From: Bacillota bacterium
GTDB taxonomy: Bacteria; Bacillota; Clostridia; Lachnospirales; Lachnospiraceae
Length of the DNA: 64,000 bases
NCBI GenBank assembly: GCA_023412855.1
Contig: JAEZRJ010000080.1
Coordinates: forward strand, 14,512-78,511
Direction: 5' to 3'
How positions within the stretch are numbered: position 1 is the first letter of the stretch; every line of letters begins with the position of its first letter. The notes beneath the pieces are model-generated. The model had not been told where the DNA came from. It ran no database searches and saw only the letters and a program-made list of their open reading frames with translations. Positions 40,352-50,020 of this stretch are shown piece by piece. Position numbers and translations under genes: made by a program.

Positions 40352-41333
40352 AGCGAAAGCTTCCAATTTTAAAAATAGTGTTTTCGATCATATGTTAATT
40401 GTTATTTTGTTTTTGCTTGTAGTGGGAGTCAGTATTGCAAAACCTAATTTCTTATCCGGCAGTAACTTTGCTAATATTTCGGTGAATACTGCAGTGCGTT
40501 TCATTATTGCCCTGGGAGTCAGCGGCTGTCTGATTACAAAAGGTACTGATCTTTCCGCGGGACGTATGGTTGGTCTCGGCGCTTGTATCGCAGGTACGCT
40601 TTTGCAGAAAGCGGACTACAGTGATAAATTTTTCAAAGGCATGGGAGATATTCCCATTCCTGCGGTATTATTAATTGTAATTGCGGTTTGTGCAATGTTT
40701 GGCGTGGCCAATGGATGTGTTGTCGCTTTTTGGAAGGTGCCCCCATTTATTGCAACCCTGGGTATGCAGATTGTCGTATATGGTCTCTGCCTCGTCTATA
40801 CAAAAGCAGTGCCGCTTGGCGGCTACAGGGAAGCTTATACGAATATTGCAACAGGCAGATTTTTTGGAATTCCCTATTTCTTTATCATTGCTTTTGTCAT
40901 CGGTGCATTCATGTGGTTTTTATACAATAAGACAAGACATGGTAAATATATGTATGCTATCGGCGGTAATGAAGCGGCGGCAGAGGTATCCGGTGTAAAT
41001 GTAAGTAAAACAATAATTCTTATTTATGCATCGGCAGCAGGACTTTATGCGATTGCCGGTTTCCTGTTAGGAGCCAAGGCGGGAGGCGCTTCTGTAAATA
41101 CCGGTTTGGGATACGAGTTGGAGGCAATTGCAGCATGTACTATCGGTGGTGTTTCTACAAACGGCGGCGTTGGTAAGGTGTCCGGTATTTTGGTCGGTGT
41201 ATTAGTATTCGAGCTGTTAAAGTCTTCCATGCAGTTCTTAAGAATCGATACTTCGTGGCAGTATGTAGTACAGGGACTTGTAATTGTAATTGCGGTAGCA
41301 TTAGACTTGAGAAAATATCTTGCGAAAAAGTAA
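40344..41333 (+). CDS. mglC: Galactose ABC transporter permease
   Basis: GTDLSAGR, PPFIATLG, AIGGNEAAAEVSGVNV, YELEAIAAC; GGAGG RBS before 40344. Confidence 0.88.
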   Translation: MNKAKASNFKNSVFDHMLIVILFLLVVGVSIAKPNFLSGSNFANISVNTAVRFIIALGVSGCLITKGTDLSAGRMVGLGACIAGTLLQKADYSDKFFKGMGDIPIPAVLLIVIAVCAMFGVANGCVVAFWKVPPFIATLGMQIVVYGLCLVYTKAVPLGGYREAYTNIATGRFFGIPYFFIIAFVIGAFMWFLYNKTRHGKYMYAIGGNEAAAEVSGVNVSKTIILIYASAAGLYAIAGFLLGAKAGGASVNTGLGYELEAIAACTIGGVSTNGGVGKVSGILVGVLVFELLKSSMQFLRIDTSWQYVVQGLVIVIAVALDLRKYLAKK

Positions 41334-41383
41334 AATACGTTATAGGTTATATATATGACTGCAGTACGAGAATAGTAGAATTG

Positions 41384-41414
41384 TAAATCCTCAGCGTTTT
41401 TGCGTTGAGGATTT
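41384..41414 (+). terminator. Stem-loop after mglC
   Basis: TAAATCCTCAGCG / CGTTGAGGATTTA. Confidence 0.55.
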
Positions 41415-41485
41415 AGCAGATTTATTACTTAGTTAAATGTTAAGTTTACATAACTGTTTCATGAGTTTTTTAAGGGAGAAAACAG

Positions 41486-43096
41486 ATGCTATATCGTGTA
41501 ATGCTAGTGGATGATGAGGAAGAAGTAATACAGGCGATTCTTCAGAAAATTGACTGGGAAGCATTGGGCTTTCAGGTGGTAGGATATGCCAAGAACGGGC
41601 AGGATGCTCTGGAGATGTTAGAGACGCTGGAGACAGACGTTATTATGACAGATATTAAGATGCCGTTTATGGATGGAATTACCCTGTGTAAAAAAGTAAA
41701 AGAGCAGTATGGAAATATTCATATTCTTATTTTTTCGGGTTTTGATGAATTTGAATATGCGAGAGAAGCAATTAAAGCAGAAGTGGAAGAATATATCCTA
41801 AAGCCTACGAATGCAAAGGAGCTGTCGGAAGTATTCTTAAGGCTCAAAAACTCTATTGATAAAGAACGCAGAGAAAGTACAGACATACAAAAGCTTAAGC
41901 AATATTACATGGAAAGCCTTCCTGTTATGCAGAAGCAGTATATGATCAGCCTGATAGAAGGTAATCTTTCTGACGGTCAGATTCAAGCTTATCTGGATAT
42001 GTATCAGTTGAATCTCAGCTCACCGTTTTATACCGTGGCAGTAGTTCATGCGAGCAATCCGGAAATGCCGGAAGAGGGAAAGGAGCCGCTTGAAAAGCAG
42101 TTGCTTCCCGTCTCCGCGAAAAAGTATGTGGATGAAAAGCTGGAAGGAAAATGGCAGTTTGAAAGCTTTGTATATTTTGGGAAAATTGTATACATTATTA
42201 TGCTGGAACAAAGTGAAGATTTAAGTGCCTTTATCGATTTTATGGGCCGTATATGCAAAATGACAGAAAGAACAATCAGCGTATCTTTATTGGCAGGCAT
42301 CGGGCAGATGCACAATAAGCTTTCTTTGCTTCCGCACTCATATGAAAGCGCCAATGCGGCTATATCTTACAGGGGGTTGAACAAGGGAAGCTGTGCCATT
42401 TATATCGGCGAGGTGGATCCTAATTTAAACAGCACTCCGATCATAGACATGGAGGGAGTGCAGGAGATTATACAGCAGATAAAGTTTGGCAGGGAAAAAG
42501 AGCTGGAAGAGGCAATTACACATTTTATGATAAGACTGAAGCGGATGGAACTGACTTATCAGCAGCTTCAGATAGTGAGCATGGAAGTTGTGACAGAATT
42601 ATACAAACTGGGTGGAAGTTACCAGCTGGATATGCATAAAATTCTTAAAACCGGTACCTATACATTTTCTGATATTGAGGAGATGAACACGGTGGAAAGG
42701 CTGGAAGGAGTTCTAAGAAGTGTATGTTTTACGGTGCGCAGCTTAATTCGTAAGGAAAGAAAGGACAGTACAAAGCTGCTGATCGAAAAGGCAAAGGATT
42801 ATATACAAAATAATTATTCTGACTCGGAATGCACAGTAGAGTCGGTGTGCAGCCATTTAAATATAAGCTCCTGCTATTTTTCCACCTTGTTTAAAAGAGA
42901 GGTGGGGCTTACATTGATTAACTATATGACTGATATAAGAATGGAAAAAGCTAAGGAATTACTGAAGAATACGGAAGATAAAACCTATGTAATTGCAGAG
43001 AAAGTAGGCTATGCGGAACCGAATTATTTCAGCTATGTATTTAAGAAAAAGTTTAAGGTTTCACCTTCTCTTTATCGCGCAAATGGAGTGGGATAA
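41486..43096 (+). CDS. Response regulator with AraC domain (YesN family)
   Basis: MLVDDE, TDIKMPFMDG receiver; AraC HTH (YFSTLFKRE, AEKVGY). Confidence 0.9.
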   Translation: MLYRVMLVDDEEEVIQAILQKIDWEALGFQVVGYAKNGQDALEMLETLETDVIMTDIKMPFMDGITLCKKVKEQYGNIHILIFSGFDEFEYAREAIKAEVEEYILKPTNAKELSEVFLRLKNSIDKERRESTDIQKLKQYYMESLPVMQKQYMISLIEGNLSDGQIQAYLDMYQLNLSSPFYTVAVVHASNPEMPEEGKEPLEKQLLPVSAKKYVDEKLEGKWQFESFVYFGKIVYIIMLEQSEDLSAFIDFMGRICKMTERTISVSLLAGIGQMHNKLSLLPHSYESANAAISYRGLNKGSCAIYIGEVDPNLNSTPIIDMEGVQEIIQQIKFGREKELEEAITHFMIRLKRMELTYQQLQIVSMEVVTELYKLGGSYQLDMHKILKTGTYTFSDIEEMNTVERLEGVLRSVCFTVRSLIRKERKDSTKLLIEKAKDYIQNNYSDSECTVESVCSHLNISSCYFSTLFKREVGLTLINYMTDIRMEKAKELLKNTEDKTYVIAEKVGYAEPNYFSYVFKKKFKVSPSLYRANGVG

Positions 43097-44901
43097 TGAC
43101 TGAAAAAGGAAGAACGTTTTATGAGAGAGCAAAACGGTATATAGGCAGAAAAAGCATTCAGTTCACATTGGAACTTTCTTTTACAATAGTGGCAATTATT
43201 TGCATGACTTTAATTGCTGTAACGCTGCAGAAAAAATTCGAAATAGAAATGCGGGAAACGAAAATAGAATCTACGGAGCAGGTAATCGATCAGGTGCGTC
43301 TGAATCTGGAAAATTATCTGCGAAGTATGATGCGTATATCGGATGCCATGTATTACGCAACGATTAAGAGCAAGGATATATCTACAGATTCTCTGGAAGC
43401 AGAAATGAATCTTTTGTATGAGGCAAATAAAGATAACCTTGTTTCTGTTGCCTGCTTTGATATCGAAGGTAATCTTTTAGGAGCAACCCCGATTGATGCA
43501 GTGAAGCAAAATGCGAACATCGCCTATCAGAACTGGTTTGTTACGGCGAATGAGGAATTGGAAAACTTTCATTTTTCATTGCCTCACGTACAGAATCTGT
43601 TTGACGATTCCAGCCATAGGTATTACTGGGTAATATCCTTGAGCCGGATTGTAGAACTGACCTCCAAAGGAAACAATCAAAGAGGTGTTTTGCTTGTTGA
43701 CATGAATTACAGCACGATTGAGCAGCAGTTTAAGAAGGTCAATGCCAATACTTCCTTAGGCTATACCTATCTTCTTGGCAAAAATGGAGAAATTATTTAC
43801 CATCCCAAACAGGAACTGATTTATTCCGGCCTTCTGCAGGAGAATAATCTGGAAGCGATGGATTATTCCGATGGAAGTTATCAAGAAACTTTTCAGGGAG
43901 AAAAAAGAGTTGTTATCGTAAAGACAATTGGTTATACAGGCTGGAAAATAGTCAGTGTGATTCCAAACACATTTTTTCAGATGGCAGTTTCCGGAATACA
44001 GATTTTTGCACTTTTTATTATTATGCTTTCCGTTTGTATTCTCGCATTTATTAATCAATTTGTGTCCAGGCAGATTGCCAAGCCTATAAAAAATCTGGAG
44101 GATTCTGTGCGCGAGATTGAAAGCGGGAATCTGGATATCCAGATAAATGAGGGCGGCTCGTATGAGATACAGAAATTGGGCGGGACAATAAAGTCGATGG
44201 TTTCTCAGATGCGCGAACTGATGGATGATATTGTAAAAGAGCAGGAACAGAAGAGGAAGATGGAATTGGGTGCATTGCAGTCGCAGATTAACCCTCACTT
44301 TTTATATAATACATTGGATACGATTGTTTGGATGATTGAAACAGAGCGGTACGAAGAAGCAATTACCATTGTCACACAGCTGGCCAGCCTTTTCCGCATT
44401 AGCCTGAGCAAGGGAAAGACAATTATTTCCGTCAAGGATGAGATATCACATGCCCAAAATTATATGAATATACAGAAAATCCGGTATAAGAATAAGTTTG
44501 AAGTGAAGTATGATATCGATGAGGAGGTATGTAAGTACGCAACAGTAAAATTAATTATCCAGCCGCTTTTGGAAAATGCAATTTATTACGGCATGGAATT
44601 TATGGACGGAGAGGGTATTATTACACTGCGTGCATATATGAAGGACAAAGTTTACATAGAGGTGGCTGATAACGGGCTGGGTATTCCGAAAGAGAATGTG
44701 GGACAATTATTGGTAGAGAATAATCAGGTGCACAAAAGAGGTTCGGGAGTGGGTATTATCAATGTGCATCAAAGAATTCAACTGCGCTTTGGGGAGGAGT
44801 ACGGGTTAGAAATAGAAAGTGAACCGGATGAAGGAACGTGCGCAAGAATATGTCTGCCTAAAATTTTATATGAAGATCTGAAAGATAAGGGGGATGAATA
44901 G
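43096..44901 (+). CDS. Sensor histidine kinase, YesM family
   Basis: Cache-type sensor, HAMP, QSQINPHFLYNTLD, QPLLENAIYYG, DNGLG; TAATG coupling to the regulator. Confidence 0.9.
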   Translation: MTEKGRTFYERAKRYIGRKSIQFTLELSFTIVAIICMTLIAVTLQKKFEIEMRETKIESTEQVIDQVRLNLENYLRSMMRISDAMYYATIKSKDISTDSLEAEMNLLYEANKDNLVSVACFDIEGNLLGATPIDAVKQNANIAYQNWFVTANEELENFHFSLPHVQNLFDDSSHRYYWVISLSRIVELTSKGNNQRGVLLVDMNYSTIEQQFKKVNANTSLGYTYLLGKNGEIIYHPKQELIYSGLLQENNLEAMDYSDGSYQETFQGEKRVVIVKTIGYTGWKIVSVIPNTFFQMAVSGIQIFALFIIMLSVCILAFINQFVSRQIAKPIKNLEDSVREIESGNLDIQINEGGSYEIQKLGGTIKSMVSQMRELMDDIVKEQEQKRKMELGALQSQINPHFLYNTLDTIVWMIETERYEEAITIVTQLASLFRISLSKGKTIISVKDEISHAQNYMNIQKIRYKNKFEVKYDIDEEVCKYATVKLIIQPLLENAIYYGMEFMDGEGIITLRAYMKDKVYIEVADNGLGIPKENVGQLLVENNQVHKRGSGVGIINVHQRIQLRFGEEYGLEIESEPDEGTCARICLPKILYEDLKDKGDE

Positions 44902-45834
44902 ATGAATGATAAAAAAGAGATTAGAAATATATTACTCCTTGTCCTTGTCATTACAGTAGCAGGCGCCTTGATCATCGCAAGATTTTATGGAAATAACCAA
45001 AAGGAACGATATAATATTTCGGTTATCGCAGGAGAAGCCCACGCGGAAAGATGGGTAGTCCTGCAGCAGGGACTTGAAAAAGCCGGCAATGATTATAATG
45101 CACAGATTAATTTCTATACAGTAGTAAATGGCGAAGATGCCAGTGAACAGAAGGACTTAATAAACAGGGAATTGGAAAAAAAGGTGGATGCCATTATTGT
45201 TTGTGCGGTAGACAGCCAAGAGATCCAGGAAGTGCTGCAGAAGAGCGAACGCAGGACGCCGGTCATTCTGATTGAGACTGATTTGAAGCCCGGACACTTA
45301 TATTCTCAAGTTTCGCCGGATAATTATGAGATGGGATATCATTTGGGAGAAGAATTTGTCAGGCAGCAGGAAGGAAAAGAAACAACAGCAGGAATCCTTA
45401 TAGATAATGATAAAATAGAAGCACAGCAAGAACGGTTAAAAGGGTTTGAAGAAGCGCTTGCCTCTGCAAAAAATATTACAATAAAATGGAAGGCATCCGA
45501 TTATCAGAGTAATGAGCGGGTAGACAACATAATCGGTATGGACTGTGTCGGAACGCAGAATGCGACAGAAATAAGTAAAGTTAATAATGAGAAAATAAGT
45601 ATTTATGGATTTGGAAATGCGGAAGCCAATATTTACTATATGGATAAGGGAATTATAAAGGCTCTGGTGGTGCCTAATGATTTCAATATGGGGTACTTAA
45701 GTGTGCAGAATGCGGTGCAGGCAGTTGAAAAAGATATGGCCTATAAAAATACAATTGTCGAACATATAGTGGTTACAGGTGATACATTGCATAATGAAGA
45801 AAATCAAAGGATTATTTTTCCTCTTGTGCAGTAA
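44902..45834 (+). CDS. Membrane-anchored sugar-binding protein (RbsB-like), probable sensor accessory
   Basis: N-terminal TM helix without lipobox; VDAIIVCAVD, DNYEMG, QERLKGF; starts right after the kinase stop. Confidence 0.75.
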   Translation: MNDKKEIRNILLLVLVITVAGALIIARFYGNNQKERYNISVIAGEAHAERWVVLQQGLEKAGNDYNAQINFYTVVNGEDASEQKDLINRELEKKVDAIIVCAVDSQEIQEVLQKSERRTPVILIETDLKPGHLYSQVSPDNYEMGYHLGEEFVRQQEGKETTAGILIDNDKIEAQQERLKGFEEALASAKNITIKWKASDYQSNERVDNIIGMDCVGTQNATEISKVNNEKISIYGFGNAEANIYYMDKGIIKALVVPNDFNMGYLSVQNAVQAVEKDMAYKNTIVEHIVVTGDTLHNEENQRIIFPLVQ

Positions 45835-45884
45835 ACATTAACGATTGGTTTTGCGTCTGCCGGGGGTAGACATGGGGTATAGGG

Positions 45885-46937
45885 ATGAAAAAGATAATAG
45901 CGGTTGTTTTTTTGGTACTTTTGATTGGAATACTAATTGCAATAGGTTCGATTCATATAAGATCCCAGGAAAAAAATAAGGTGGAAAGGATTAAGATAGG
46001 TGTCAGTGTATATAACCAATATGATACCTTTATTGCCAGTCTGATGGAACAGTTGAAAAACTGTGCCGTACAAAAGGAAAATGAAACCGGTATTGAAATA
46101 ATCGTGGATATCGTGAACGCGGCCGGAAGTCAGCTGGAGCAGAATGATCAGGTGGAGAAGTTTGTAAATAACGGGTATGATGTTGTTTGCGTCAACCTTG
46201 TGGACCGGACGGACCCTACCTTGATTATCGACAAGGCTGAAAGCGCAGGAATTCCCATTATTTTTTTTAACAGAGAGCTTGTTCCGGAGGATTTAAAAAG
46301 ATATGATAAAGCCTATTATGTCGGGGCAGTAACGATAGAACCCGGAATTATGCAGGGGGAGATGATCGTTGATTTACTAAAGGAGAAGAAGGAAAGTGTT
46401 GATAAAAATGCGGATAATAAAATCCAGTATATCATGCTGGAAGGCGAGGCCGGTCATCAGGATGCAATTATACGGACGGAATATGCAGTTAATACAATTG
46501 TAGAGAACGGAATACAGGTAGAAAAGCTGGATTATGCTTTGGCAAACTGGAACAGAGATCAGGGTAAAAGTAAGATGGATAAACTGATTGAAGAATTTGG
46601 CAATGAAATAGAAGTGATTATTTCAAATAATGATGATATGGCATTAGGAGCAATCGATGCCTATATCGACAGGCAGAAGTTGGAAAATATACCGATCATA
46701 GTGGGGATTGATGGGACGCTGACAGGTCTGACGGCTGTAAAAGAAGGCTACATGTACGGAACGGCATATAATGATGATATCGGTCAGGGAAGAAGCCTTT
46801 TGGAGCTGTCTTATGCTTTGAAAACAGGTCAAAGCCTTCCGGCGGATATTGTGATGACGGAAGAAAAATATATACGGTATTCATATAAAAAAGTGACGAA
46901 GGAAAATGTAGATGAATTTATAAGTATTCATCAGTGA
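45885..46937 (+). CDS. Membrane-anchored MglB-like galactose-binding protein, probable sensor accessory
   Basis: TM helix, YNQYDTFI, CVNLVD, IFFNRE, NNDDMALGA, GTAYND; paralogous to 37596-38726. Confidence 0.8.
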   Translation: MKKIIAVVFLVLLIGILIAIGSIHIRSQEKNKVERIKIGVSVYNQYDTFIASLMEQLKNCAVQKENETGIEIIVDIVNAAGSQLEQNDQVEKFVNNGYDVVCVNLVDRTDPTLIIDKAESAGIPIIFFNRELVPEDLKRYDKAYYVGAVTIEPGIMQGEMIVDLLKEKKESVDKNADNKIQYIMLEGEAGHQDAIIRTEYAVNTIVENGIQVEKLDYALANWNRDQGKSKMDKLIEEFGNEIEVIISNNDDMALGAIDAYIDRQKLENIPIIVGIDGTLTGLTAVKEGYMYGTAYNDDIGQGRSLLELSYALKTGQSLPADIVMTEEKYIRYSYKKVTKENVDEFISIHQ

Positions 46938-46983
46938 TGTAAGGGTTACATTTTAAAATACATGGCAGTATTCGGAGTTTTGA

Positions 46984-47115
46984 AAGACGGTTAAACCGAT
47001 CAATACGGAGATGATTTTTGCCGCAGCGGATGTTTCCGGACAAATATCTTCGGTCAGGGCAGATGCGTACTTTATCCTGAAGGATTTCGAATCTTAGGTG
47101 GAAACGCAGGAAAAG
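46984..47115 (+). pseudogene. Collapsed relic of a glycogen phosphorylase gene
   Basis: One frame reads KTVKPIN-TEMIFAAADVSGQISSV-RADAYFILKDFES*VETQEK, matching GlgP LTIKLIN, AEIIFAASDVSEQISTA and KADTYFILKDFESYAEAQKK. Confidence 0.8.
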
Positions 47116-47155
47116 CAACATCCCTAAAATTATAAACGACATACACTTAATATTA

Positions 47156-47209
47156 AGCAACATTGCACATGTTTTGTTATTTCAATATGTGTAATGTTGT
47201 TTGTTTTTC
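47156..47209 (+). terminator. Intrinsic terminator closing the galactose locus
   Basis: AAGCAACATTGCACAT / ATGTGTAATGTTGTTT plus T tract. Confidence 0.65.
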
Positions 47210-47227
47210 TATAATATTTTTTGTTAA

Positions 47228-47290
47228 AGCAATATATATAAACTAGTGAGCAACATAACGATTGTATTAGAACTCAAAAATAAAGATAAT
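47228..47290 (+). promoter_or_regulatory. AraC-type activator site and promoter of the nucleotidyltransferase gene
   Basis: AGCAA-N16-AGCAACATA-N3-A-TTGTAT-N17-GATAAT, same architecture as 52297-52359. Confidence 0.65.
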
Positions 47291-47447
47291 AAGAGCATAG
47301 CAACTATAATCTCATATTCACTCTGCAATAAAGCTATTGAGAGAAAATAAAGTTGAAAGAAAAGCGCTTTCAACTATTGATTTCCCGTCCGCAAAAGCGG
47401 ACATGGAGTATAGAAATGAAAAACATAGAGAAAGAGAGATGCCCGGA

Positions 47448-48383
47448 ATGAAGAAACCAGTATTAGTAGTGCTTGCGGCAGGGATGGGAAGCCGCTATGG
47501 AGGATTGAAGCAGATCGATCCCGTGGGCCCTGACGGCGAACTTATCATAGACTATTCTATCTACGACGCCATGCGCGCCGGTTTTGAAAAAGTGGTCTTT
47601 ATTATCAAGCATGAGATGGAGGAGGACTTCAAGGAAATTATCGGCAACCGTATGGAGCAAAATATGGAAGTGGCTTATGCATTCCAAGAAATAGAAAATA
47701 CGCCCAAGGGATATGCCCCGGCGAAAGAGCGGGTAAAACCGTGGGGGACCGCTCATGCCCTCATGTCTGTAAAAGGAATTGTGGACGGGCCTTTTTGCGT
47801 TATCAATGCAGATGATTACTATGGTCCTAATGCCTACAAAGCCATCTATGAGTTTTTGACAGCAAAGCAGCCGGAGAACGGCAAAGATCATTTTTGTATG
47901 GTGGGATATCTGATAGAAAACACGGTAACGGACAAAGGAAGTGTAGCGCGCGGAATATGTACGGAGAATAAGAACGGATATCTTGTCAATATTGTAGAGC
48001 GTACGAAGATTGAAAGAACGGATAGCGGTGCCCGCTTTACCGAGGATGACGGAGCTGTTTGGCATGAGCTGGCGAGAGGCACGTTAGTGTCGATGAACTT
48101 CTGGGGGCTGAACGAAGCTTTCCTCCATGAGGCAGAAGCCGGATTCCCTGCTTTTTTGGAACAAAGTCTGCCGATTAATCCATTGAAGTGCGAATATTTG
48201 CTTCCGACTGTCATCGATACGATGATTCAGGATGGAAAAGCCGATGTAAAGATTTTATCCAGCAAAGACCGCTGGTACGGCGTAACTTACAGAGAAGATA
48301 AGGAGGGCGTTGTGAAGGCCATCGCCGGAATGCATGAGGACGGCTTGTATCCGATACCTTTATGGGGCAATATAAAGCGTTAA
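47448..48383 (+). CDS. Sugar-1-phosphate nucleotidyltransferase (NTP_transferase family)
   Basis: LVVLAAGMGSRYGGLKQ, KPWGTAHA, INADDYYG, SMNFWG, WYGVTY; start 47439 or 47448. Confidence 0.85.
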   Translation: MKKPVLVVLAAGMGSRYGGLKQIDPVGPDGELIIDYSIYDAMRAGFEKVVFIIKHEMEEDFKEIIGNRMEQNMEVAYAFQEIENTPKGYAPAKERVKPWGTAHALMSVKGIVDGPFCVINADDYYGPNAYKAIYEFLTAKQPENGKDHFCMVGYLIENTVTDKGSVARGICTENKNGYLVNIVERTKIERTDSGARFTEDDGAVWHELARGTLVSMNFWGLNEAFLHEAEAGFPAFLEQSLPINPLKCEYLLPTVIDTMIQDGKADVKILSSKDRWYGVTYREDKEGVVKAIAGMHEDGLYPIPLWGNIKR

Positions 48384-48507
48384 GGAGCATTTTCAGGCAG
48401 GGTAAGAGCATTTTGTACAAGCTATGCAGAGCAATTAGTGGTATAATTTAACATATAGTTTCAAACAATTATCTATGGGGGATAATAGAAGAGAAGGGAG
48501 TGGCTTT

Positions 48508-49974
48508 ATGTTAAAAAACAGGAACATTTTAGAGAAGCCTCAGGAAGAAGAATTAAAGACGAGGCTGGAGGCGGCGAGAGAGAGACTGGCTGTGCAGCAG
48601 ATGCAGATAAAGGAACACAAGCTTCCTGTATTCGTATTGGTAGAGGGCTTCGGCACTGCCGGAAAGGGAAGCGCCATCGGGCAGATTATCCGTAATATTG
48701 ACCCGCGCTTTTTTAAAGTAGTATCAATGGACACGCCTACCGAAGAAGAACTCAGGAAGCCTTTTTTATACCGTTATTTTTCCAAGATTCCCGAAGCGGG
48801 CAAATTCATGTTTTTGGAATCCGGGTGGATGGATGAAGTGACGAAAGCATGCCTTCAGAAGAAAATGGATGAAAAAACTTATGAGATGCGGATAGGAAGT
48901 ATCCGGCGTTTTGAAAGGCAGCTTACGGATAACGGTTATCTCGTTATAAAGTTTTTCCTGCAAATCAGTGAAAAGGAACAGAAAAAAAGGATAGATGATC
49001 TTCAGTCTTCCATCGATACGAGCTGGCGTGTGGGAAGTAACGATCTATGGCAGAACAAGCATTACGGACAATGTGTGGAAATCTTTGACCGCTATCTGGA
49101 GGAGACGAATGCCCCCTCCGCCCCGTGGTATATAATAGATGCGAAATCAAAGAAATGGGCCGAGCTGCAGATGCTGGAGACGCTGACGGAGGGAATCGAT
49201 ATTGCCCTGCAGAACCGGGCACTTGCGGTACCGCTTTTGCAGAATGTATTTCCTCTCGTAAAAATGCCGAGACTTGCGGAGATTCCGTTAGATAAAGCGA
49301 TGGAAGAGGCGGAATATAAGGAAGAGCTTAAAGGTTATCAGGAACATCTCCGGGAGCTGCATAACCGCCTGTACCGGAAACGTGTGCCGGTAATCATCGT
49401 TTACGAAGGCTGGGATGCAGCGGGAAAAGGTGGTAATATCAGGCGTATTACAGAAGCTCTTGACCCCAGAGGCTTTGAAGTGCATCCGATCGCCAGTCCG
49501 GAACCCCATGAAAAGGCGAGACATTATCTGTGGCGTTTCTGGACGAGACTTCCGAAGACGGGGCATATCGCTGTTTTTGACAGGAGCTGGTACGGCCGAG
49601 TTATGGTAGAACGTCTGGAGGGTTTTTGCAGTGAGAATGACTGGAAGCGCGCCTATAATGAAATCAATGAGTTTGAAAAGGAATTGTCCGATTGGGGCGC
49701 AGTCATCATTAAATTCTGGGTACAGATAGATAAAGACACTCAGCTCGAACGTTTTGAACTCAGACAGAATACCCCTGAAAAACAGTGGAAAATCACGGAG
49801 GAAGACTGGAGAAACAGGGAAAAGTGGGATGCCTATGAAGTTGCCGTGAATGAAATGATCCAGAAAACGAGCACGACCTATGCGCCGTGGCATATTCTGG
49901 AATCCGCAGATAAGAAATATGCGCGTATAAAAGCGCTGCAGATTATAGTTGAAGAATTGGAAAAAATAATTTAA
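48508..49974 (+). CDS. ppk2: Two-domain polyphosphate kinase 2 (polyphosphate:AMP phosphotransferase)
   Basis: Tandem PPK2 domains; C-terminal EGWDAAGKGG and FDRSWYGRV intact, N-terminal copy degenerate (EGFGTAGKG, LESGW). Confidence 0.9.
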   Translation: MLKNRNILEKPQEEELKTRLEAARERLAVQQMQIKEHKLPVFVLVEGFGTAGKGSAIGQIIRNIDPRFFKVVSMDTPTEEELRKPFLYRYFSKIPEAGKFMFLESGWMDEVTKACLQKKMDEKTYEMRIGSIRRFERQLTDNGYLVIKFFLQISEKEQKKRIDDLQSSIDTSWRVGSNDLWQNKHYGQCVEIFDRYLEETNAPSAPWYIIDAKSKKWAELQMLETLTEGIDIALQNRALAVPLLQNVFPLVKMPRLAEIPLDKAMEEAEYKEELKGYQEHLRELHNRLYRKRVPVIIVYEGWDAAGKGGNIRRITEALDPRGFEVHPIASPEPHEKARHYLWRFWTRLPKTGHIAVFDRSWYGRVMVERLEGFCSENDWKRAYNEINEFEKELSDWGAVIIKFWVQIDKDTQLERFELRQNTPEKQWKITEEDWRNREKWDAYEVAVNEMIQKTSTTYAPWHILESADKKYARIKALQIIVEELEKII

Positions 49975-50020
49975 AGGATATCCATGATAATCTGATATCG
50001 TTAAAAAGGAGAAAATACAA

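Noticed and set aside
46918..47163. 81-aa minus-strand ORF
   Set aside because: Lies antisense to the glgP relic and overlaps a terminator; no RBS or motif.
48508..49200. Degenerate Walker motifs in the N-terminal PPK2 domain suggesting a pseudogene
   Set aside because: A degenerate N-terminal domain is known in two-domain class II PPK2 enzymes and the frame is intact.
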